In this document: positions 57,401 through 64,000 of the stretch, piece by piece
How positions within the stretch are numbered: the first letter of the stretch is position 1
Layout: every line of letters starts with the position of its first letter
Assembly (NCBI GenBank): GCA_963788195.1
Contig: CAWBGA010000005.1
Location: 1-64,000 of the forward strand
DNA: 64,000 nt
Source of the DNA: Nitrospirota bacterium
Lineage (GTDB): Bacteria; Nitrospirota; Nitrospiria; Nitrospirales; NS-4
Direction: 5' to 3'
Notes under the pieces: generated by a model
The model's input: only the letters and a program-made list of their open reading frames with translations
What the model was told of the DNA's origin: nothing
Database searches by the model: none
Translations under genes and position numbers: made by a program

Positions 57401-57761
57401 ACGTTGCGCAGCTTAGCATTTTAGGGAGCGGCCAGAAAACAACATTTCGCTTGATAAATATTATAGTCACACCGCCGTCCCTATTGACTGTAGGCTCCCC
57501 AGAGGCTCTCTTGGCTCGCCGGAATCGTCTCATCACATGCTCGGATTTGCTTATCGAAGATTCATTGTTACCAACAGTGATTCCTCGATAGGGAAAATTC
57601 CCTGCGTCGCGGCTAGTCGTTACCAAAATTTGGACTCAGCCGCTGTGAGATATCCTTTCGGAAGCTTGTTTTTAGATATAGGTCCATTGATTCCCCTGCG
57701 CTGCTTCTGGTAAGGCGTGTCTTAGTGACAATCAGCGTCGGCATACTCTTTCATTACTGCC

Positions 57762-59129
57762 ATGATTGAAAACTTACTGAAAAAGATCTGCAAAGCGCCG
57801 GCGGTGCTTCTGGATAAGACTGTCACCACGTCCAATGGAATCTGTAAAAAGCTTACCAACCATAAGCAGGTCAAGAAGGCTCAGGAATACTGGAAGATAT
57901 TAGGCCCGGGGCTGACGACGGGCGCGGCTGATGACGACCCCTCCGGCATTGCGACGTATTCACAGGCCGGGGCGCAATATGGATTCCAAATGCTCTGGGT
58001 CGCCGGCTTCACGTTTCCCCTGATGGCCGTGGTGCAGGAGATGTGCGCACGAATCGGTCTTGTAACGGGCCGCGGCTTGGCTGCCAATATCAGGGAGCAC
58101 TATCCCAAATGGGCGCTGTACACCTGCACAGCGCTATTATTTATGGCGAATACTTTTAACATCGGCGCGGACCTGGGAGCGATGGCTCAAGCGACTCAGC
58201 TCGTCGTTCCGGGAGCGAGCTTCAGTCTCCTGGTTATAGGATTCACGGTGTTCAGCTTGGGCCTGCAAATCTTTCTCTCCTACCAAACATACGCCAAATA
58301 CCTCAAGCTCCTGACCTTTGTATTGATTTCCTATATTTTCACGGCCTTCACGATCCAGCTGGACTGGACGCAAGTGCTGTATCACACCGTGATCCCATCA
58401 CTGACAATTTCCAAGGAGCAGATTTTCCTCATCACGGCGGTATTGGGCACCACAATCTCTCCGTACCTCTTTTTCTGGCAAGCCTCTCAAGAGGTTGAAG
58501 AGAAATTAATACAAGCTAAAGCCGCTGGTTCGACTCCCACTAAGACCTTGCAAAAAGAAATCGGCCATATGCGAATTGATGTCTGGTCGGGAATGTTTTT
58601 GTCGAACGCGGTGATGTTTTTTATTATTGCCGTATGCGCCGGCACCTTGTTTCTCAATGGGGTGACGAATATTTCCACTGCCGCCGATGCGGCCGCGGCG
58701 CTGCGGCCATTAGCGGGGGAAAAGGCGTTTCTGCTCTTCGCCTTGGGGATTCTCGGGACGGGCTTGCTGGCGATTCCCGTGTTGGCGGGGTCGGCGTCGT
58801 ATGCGATATCGGAGAGTTTTAAATGGAATACGGGGCTGGACCGTAAGTTAAGACAAGCGTACCCCTTTTACGGCGTGATTATGGTTTCGATGATCCTTGG
58901 TCTCGCGATGGAGTTCACGAAGATAAATCCCATCAAGGCGCTTATCTACTCCGCCGTCGGCAATGCGTTGATCGCGCCCGCGGTGTTGATTTTTATCGTG
59001 CTGATCAGCAGCAATAAAAAGATCATGGGCAATCAAACGAATAGCGCATTGACGAGATGTGTAGGATGGTTCATCACAGGGATCATGTTGGTTGCCGGCG
59101 TTGCAACCGTGATATCCGTATTTATGTAA
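57762..59129 (+). CDS. NRAMP family divalent metal transporter
   Basis: LGPGL.TGAADDDPSGIATYSQAGA and GTTISPYLFFWQ motifs. Confidence 0.92.
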   Translation: MIENLLKKICKAPAVLLDKTVTTSNGICKKLTNHKQVKKAQEYWKILGPGLTTGAADDDPSGIATYSQAGAQYGFQMLWVAGFTFPLMAVVQEMCARIGLVTGRGLAANIREHYPKWALYTCTALLFMANTFNIGADLGAMAQATQLVVPGASFSLLVIGFTVFSLGLQIFLSYQTYAKYLKLLTFVLISYIFTAFTIQLDWTQVLYHTVIPSLTISKEQIFLITAVLGTTISPYLFFWQASQEVEEKLIQAKAAGSTPTKTLQKEIGHMRIDVWSGMFLSNAVMFFIIAVCAGTLFLNGVTNISTAADAAAALRPLAGEKAFLLFALGILGTGLLAIPVLAGSASYAISESFKWNTGLDRKLRQAYPFYGVIMVSMILGLAMEFTKINPIKALIYSAVGNALIAPAVLIFIVLISSNKKIMGNQTNSALTRCVGWFITGIMLVAGVATVISVFM

Positions 59130-59154
59130 CGTACTACCTAGCCGCTTGCTGACG

Positions 59155-59670
59155 TCACGGGGTCATCTTCACGCCGGCCGCCTCGTATTGCTCTTTGATC
59201 TGCATCTTTCGCGCGGCCTGCGAGCCGATGACTCCGCCCAGGATCGCGAAAACAAGCGAGAGCATGCCGCTCACAAACATCCACCAGGAGGCGGTCTCTT
59301 CAGGGGACATCGTGGCCGTCTCACGACCGAGGAACGCCAGGTCCCCGTAGGTCGGCAGATACGCGAGGGCCGAGATGAGCACCCCCCAGGTGACCCAGCT
59401 ATGAAACATGGCTTCCCAATAGGAGTACAGGCCGGACATCCAGACGGCCACATACCCGGCCAGAAATGCCGAGAACATCCAGGCAATCGCCGTCCAGACC
59501 ATCACCCCGCCGGGCAGGTCAAGGGCGCCCGTCCGTGCGATCGAGTGCAGGCCGAAGCCAAGGCCGACCGACGCCAGCACGACTTCACTGCCAAGACCGA
59601 CAAAAAATCCTGCAAAGATGCCGCCCCAACTGATTTTTGGGCCCGCCCACGGTGGGACTACAATTTCCAT
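59155..59670 (-). CDS. Hypothetical membrane protein
   Basis: ISWG.IFAG motif and four TM segments; GGAGG RBS. Confidence 0.75.
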   Translation of the reverse strand: MEIVVPPWAGPKISWGGIFAGFFVGLGSEVVLASVGLGFGLHSIARTGALDLPGGVMVWTAIAWMFSAFLAGYVAVWMSGLYSYWEAMFHSWVTWGVLISALAYLPTYGDLAFLGRETATMSPEETASWWMFVSGMLSLVFAILGGVIGSQAARKMQIKEQYEAAGVKMTP

Positions 59671-59853
59671 TGCCTACCTCCTGTCACCTTTTTCATAGCC
59701 CCAATACAAGTGTCTACTTAGTGTATCGCCGTGGAGGCAGCGAAATCTACTGATAAATCAGTCTTACGGGAATCTGTCAGAGCCGGCGCTTGCGGCACAG
59801 CATGACCATGGCTTCTGGGTCATGTTTGTATGCATTGCGACCGACAGAATAGT

Positions 59854-60434
59854 ATGGAAGACGCGAAGAGAACGCTCACGATGGATATCCGGGGTTACGT
59901 GGAGTCGTTGCCGATGTTCTCGGAGTTGACCGGCCCTGAAGTTGAGTTGCTTGTGCCGCTGTGCCGGCTGGTCTCCGGAGGCATCGGGAACTATATTCTC
60001 GAGGAGGGCGCCTCGGTCCATACGATCTATTTTCTGATCTCCGGAGAACTGAATGTTCGTAAAGAGGGCATGCTGATCGGGACCGTCGGCAAAGGCGCTG
60101 TCCTCGGGGAGATGACCCTGCTGAACCATGCGCCGGCGTTTGCGACAATTCAAGCCAAGGGGCCGTACAAGGCGCTTGCCATAGAGCAACTGGCCTTTAG
60201 CCAACTACTGGAGGAGCATGCCCGGCTGGGTTATAAAATCCTGAAGAAGATCGCCCGGCTGTTGGCACTCCGGCTGATGATGACCGACGCCAAGCTCACG
60301 GACTGTATGAGTCATTCCGCACGATTATCGACCCGACAGCACTCCGTCCTGCCCGCTCACGTAGTCAACATCCAAAAACGCGCTTGCCCGTTGCCGAGAG
60401 GCCGTGGTAAGTTGCAAATCCAAATCCTCCCGGT

Positions 60435-60444
<10 letters not shown>
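59854..60444 (+). CDS. Cyclic nucleotide-binding domain protein; true stop probably earlier, near 60310
   Basis: F.EL, EEG, YFL.SG.L.V, G...GEM.LL and AT..A motifs; ORF tail overlaps the tRNA. Confidence 0.8.
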
Positions 60445-60510
<66 letters not shown>

Positions 60511-60825
60511 AATAATCAAATCCTTCTGCATCTCCCTGCGCCTCGCGCTCCATGTTAAATGCGAAAGCAGCGACTTGACACATTACGATGCTGGTGGTAT
60601 AGGGTATATAACTAAGGATTAAATGTATTATGCACAGCATTATTATAAACCTTGTATCAGCTTTGAAATGCGAGCGGGCAAAGAACGCCGAGCTACAGCA
60701 CCTTCTAAAGGCGATCCAGGCAAAGCGCTCTAGGGGGGACTCCACCGTCTATCAGACAGTGGACCTGACCGTTTATAAGCGGGAACGCAGGAAGAAAATG
60801 CTGAAGACATTCGGACAACTATGAC

Positions 60826-61035
60826 ATGGACGAAAACGTCAAGACCGAAACAGAACTTCTGCTTGCATGGCTAAAGAGTCAAGGGCTAAAGAATCAGGAC
60901 CAAATCCAGAAGGAGTTAGGAACGTTGCCTGAGATTGATCTGTCGAAAGCCTTGGAAAAAGCCAGGATGGCCGTGCGTATCCGCCTTCAAGCCCTCGAAG
61001 ACCGCGAGAACCGACCATCTACGGAAGGCGGCTAG
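60826..61035 (+). CDS. Small hypothetical protein
   Basis: 69-aa helical-looking ORF directly after ORF 60630-60824. Confidence 0.4.
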   Translation: MDENVKTETELLLAWLKSQGLKNQDQIQKELGTLPEIDLSKALEKARMAVRIRLQALEDRENRPSTEGG

Positions 61036-62176
61036 ACCGGCGAATCAGATGATCTTGCGGCGCCCTCCAATAATCACTGCTTCCTTGATGGCTGCGCGAA
61101 CATCACGCAAAAGCGAATACGGTATCCATCGTTCCATAAAGCCCTTGTTGTCACAATAGCGGCAATGCTGTTTTACGGATGCACTACAGAGACAGCATCG
61201 CCAACGAATCAGGACTTCCATGACAGCTATCCTTTTGCAGGCGCTCGCTGTCGTCAGTCCCGGCGTCAGATGGAGAGTGGTGCTAGTACCTGCCTAAGTA
61301 TGAATTTTGTCAATGAAATATTTCGCTGTGAGGTCGGAGACGGCCAAGGAAAGGCTGGATACGATTTGCAAGCCTACGAGCGTACACACTGAATTTCGCA
61401 TTAAGTGAGCAATATTGACCATACCGCAGATCTTTATTGATATATGGTCAAGAGGTTACGGGGGCCTTCATGCGACCAACTATCACCAGTCTTACTTCCG
61501 CTATCAAGCGAGAGAAGGTAAAGGTTCTGGAATTGAGGAGGCTCTTATCTGAATGCAGGAAGCATTCCAACTGCATGGAGAATGCAACAATCCAGCGGGC
61601 ACTCCTGAAAGACACGCGTCAGTCTCGACCTGGTAGTCGCGGACTAAACGTACAGAAGACTAAAAGCTACTATCTTGAACCTACACGGCAGCGCAAATCG
61701 GCCATGGCTACTCACCGATCAACTGTGTAAAGAGGGGGACCGTCACGTCTAGTAATAACCCTGAGCAATACTGAACCAGCCACCAAACCGTGTTGGTGCA
61801 TGTACCACTATGAATAAAAAATCAAGCATCCCTCAGCTCCCACGCGTCAAGAGCCAACAGCACAATATCGAGAGTCAGGCCAAACGTAGACTTCGCTCTC
61901 AAGTGTTGGCGTCGGAACAACGTCTGTTGTCCAACCTTGCGTCCCCTAGAGTTCCCAAGCTCAGGGTGTTACGCGGAGGTCTAGGTTAGACGCCTACGAG
62001 GCTTTTTGGGTGGATCAGTCGCTGGTACAAGGCTGCACTGAGGATGTGGAAACGGCACTCGCCCAACATCTGATTCGTTTATTCAATAACCATCACCTGA
62101 CTCCAGAGGAAACAATGCGCCTGCTAGAAAAAGTGCGATTGCTGGTTGATGCCGGAAAAATACGCTAGGACACAGG

Positions 62177-62404
62177 ATGCGCTACAACCATATAGAAGAA
62201 TTACCTGCAGCGATGAGGAATAGTCTTCCTAAAGACGCGATGGAGGTGTACTTGGCCGCTTATAACCAAGCATTGACCGGGACGGTTCGGGCGCGTGATC
62301 GCATTGGGGGAACGGTGCAGGACCTTGCACACCGGCAGGCATGGAGAGCGGTGCGCGAAAAATATAACAAGCGAGGGGAAGAATGGATCAGAGACTATAC
62401 TTGA
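62177..62404 (+). CDS. chaB: ChaB family protein
   Basis: Y..IEELP..MR..LP..A.E.Y..AYN.A and AH.QAW.AV..KY.K.G..W motifs. Confidence 0.88.
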   Translation: MRYNHIEELPAAMRNSLPKDAMEVYLAAYNQALTGTVRARDRIGGTVQDLAHRQAWRAVREKYNKRGEEWIRDYT

Positions 62405-62684
62405 CAGAATCTAGGGCCTATTCAGAATAAGTTCTAGCCAAGTGAAATAAGGCTGTGACTGGGAGCCTAGCTATAAAATTTGCCCATCTATGTTTTTTTC
62501 GGCACGACAGAGGGACCCTGTAGCGACAATTCGACGCCGGGGGTCTGCATGTGCCTCGACGAGCGTAGGACTACTAGGTTGCGTCTGGGTTGCGGGGTGG
62601 GGGACGATGGCATGCTGTGGCCTAAACCCGTCCGCCCGGTCAGCAGCCATCTATAGGGTTGGCGTAGTTAGTCAATACCTAAGC

Positions 62685-62735
62685 GACGCTTAATCAGCGG
62701 GCCGCAGGGTCGATCCCTGCACGGCCCACCAAATA
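62685..62735 (+). repeat. tRNA-Lys 3'-half copy 2 (two mismatches)
   Basis: GACGCTTAATCAGCGGGCCGCAGGGTCGATCCCTGCACGGCCCACCAAATA versus 60464-60514. Confidence 0.92.
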
Positions 62736-62863
62736 CATCTCCATCGTCGGCAATTCCTTTTCCGGATCCATGCCATTTGCTACGGGAAGCTCGGCAAGCA
62801 TCGCGGCATAGCTGTCATCAGTCCGCGAGAGGCGAACATGTCCGGCTTCGAAGTGAATTCAGA

Positions 62864-62982
62864 GTGACGAAATAGTTTACAGGCCAAACTAACCATAAGA
62901 AACCACAATTAATGGAAATAATGGGCTTTCTCATACGATTGGAGCTCCCCCACGGGTGACTAGGTGACGGGAAAGTTTACAG
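62864..62982 (+). promoter_or_regulatory. Two putative enhancer sites, GTGACG-N6-TTTACAG, exactly 100 bp apart
   Basis: GTGACGAAATAGTTTACAG at 62864-62882 and GTGACGGGAAAGTTTACAG at 62964-62982, upstream of a sigma54 promoter. Confidence 0.6.
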
Positions 62983-63042
62983 TCCGGAATCGGAGGGAAT
63001 TACCGGTCTCTAAAAAGCACCTACTTCTATCATGTTATGTGA

Positions 63043-63057
63043 TGGCAGCAAGCTTGC
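63043..63057 (+). promoter_or_regulatory. Sigma54 -24/-12 promoter of the PEP-CTERM gene
   Basis: TGGCAGCAAGCTTGC (TGGCA...TTGC, GG-N10-GC). Confidence 0.75.
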
Positions 63058-63090
63058 GTGTAAATCTGGCTTACTTTCAAGGAGGACACT

Positions 63091-63780
63091 ATGAAACTGA
63101 CCAGCATTATGATTATGACCATCTTGCTGCTAACGGTATCAGGACAAAAAAGTCTGGCGGTGCTGATAAACTTTGATGATGTGCCAAATGGAACTATTAT
63201 TGACACGCAATACACTGCGTTAGGGGTGACCTTTGACTGCGTCGTGTGCGCGTCCGATCACGCCTTCGCCAGGACCAGTGTTGCGGCATCTCCACCGAAT
63301 GTGGTTACGTTGGTCGCTCCCTTTGATCCCTCAAATCCAAACTCTTCAGTTCTTACCCTTTTCGGCGCGAGTATGGGGGCTGTCACCGCCGCATTTTCTA
63401 CGCCGCAGAAATCGGTAAGTATTGATGCAGCTGCAATACCGCCTGCGGAGTTCCTGACTACACCGCTGAATAAGCCTTTCTTAGAGGCTTACTCCGATAC
63501 TGCCCAGCTACCCGCGAATTTTCTCGGGAGCGTCCTTTATCCTCTGAACTTCGGAGACTCTGGATATGGCGGGTATCAAACCCTGAGCTTTACCTCGCCG
63601 ACAAACAACATACTATCTGTCCGCTTCTCTTCCCAGCTCTCACAACCTGGTCCCGCTGTATTTGGGAATTTCGATAATCTGAATTTCACAACAGGAGTTA
63701 TCCCCGAACCCGCAACAATTCTTCTCCTGGGCTCCGGCTTAATCGGTCTAGCAACATGGCGATGGCATAGGAAAGCCTAA
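63091..63780 (+). CDS. PEP-CTERM sorting domain protein
   Basis: AGGAGG RBS, signal peptide and C-terminal IPEPATILLLGSGLIGLATWRWHRKA. Confidence 0.95.
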   Translation: MKLTSIMIMTILLLTVSGQKSLAVLINFDDVPNGTIIDTQYTALGVTFDCVVCASDHAFARTSVAASPPNVVTLVAPFDPSNPNSSVLTLFGASMGAVTAAFSTPQKSVSIDAAAIPPAEFLTTPLNKPFLEAYSDTAQLPANFLGSVLYPLNFGDSGYGGYQTLSFTSPTNNILSVRFSSQLSQPGPAVFGNFDNLNFTTGVIPEPATILLLGSGLIGLATWRWHRKA

Positions 63781-63808
63781 TCCGCTCCTCGAAGGCGTTC
63801 TCACTGCT

Positions 63809-63854
63809 GAGGCAACCCATGTCACCCCGTTCTGGGTGGCATGAGGTTGCTCTC
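63809..63854. terminator. Stable hairpin after the PEP-CTERM gene
   Basis: GAGGCAACCCATGTCACC...GGTGGCATGAGGTTGCTCTC imperfect stem; no U-tract. Confidence 0.45.
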
Positions 63855-63861
63855 GGGTCTG

Positions 63862-63931
63862 GACTCTTAATCAGCGGGCCGCAGGTTCGATCCCTGCACG
63901 GCCCACCAAATAAATCAATTCCTTCTGCATC
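63862..63931 (+). repeat. tRNA-Lys 3'-half copy 3 plus conserved downstream flank
   Basis: Exact match to 60464-60514, then near-identical flank ATCAATTCCTTCTGCATC versus ATCAAATCCTTCTGCATC. Confidence 0.93.
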
Positions 63932-64000
63932 ACGGAAAGTGGCTAGACGGGTAGGCTTCCGTTGCGGTAGGAAATCCCTAAAAATTATCTGTATCGCGCG

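Noticed and set aside
57420..57761. Mn-sensing (yybP-ykoY) riboswitch upstream of the NRAMP gene
   Set aside because: No conserved aptamer motif was recognisable by eye; an Infernal search would be needed.

Overview
This is a bacterial chromosomal window around the replication origin. Gene content and order suggest Nitrospirota/Nitrospira-like origin, which is an inference. The core runs cbpA-like, marC, hisS, dsrEFH-like, oriC, dnaA, dnaN, gyrB, gyrA, dciA-like, smpB, ssrA. The standout feature is the tmRNA gene (14354-14956), which is split in its T-loop by a complete 260-nt ORF-less group I intron (14680-14939). A free-standing single-motif LAGLIDADG homing endonuclease gene (15044-15536) lies just downstream, outside the intron. 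Together they are a candidate chromosomal 'collaborative homing' intron/endonuclease pair. Other accessory structures are: (1) an integrase-less integron-like cassette block with a canonical attC and a duplicated ~110-bp leader (37.3-40.1 kb); (2) a CHASE2-sigma54 activator beside a sigma54-driven OmpA/VIT-vWA(LPQTA)/class GN sortase operon; (3) a fatty acid desaturase islet bounded by a tRNA-Arg 3' repeat; (4) a tandem array of tRNA-Lys 3'-half repeats delimiting small cargo blocks, one carrying a sigma54-controlled PEP-CTERM gene. Many genes, including essential dnaN and hisS, carry frameshifts. These are most likely uncorrected long-read indels, so broken ORFs are not called pseudogenes.
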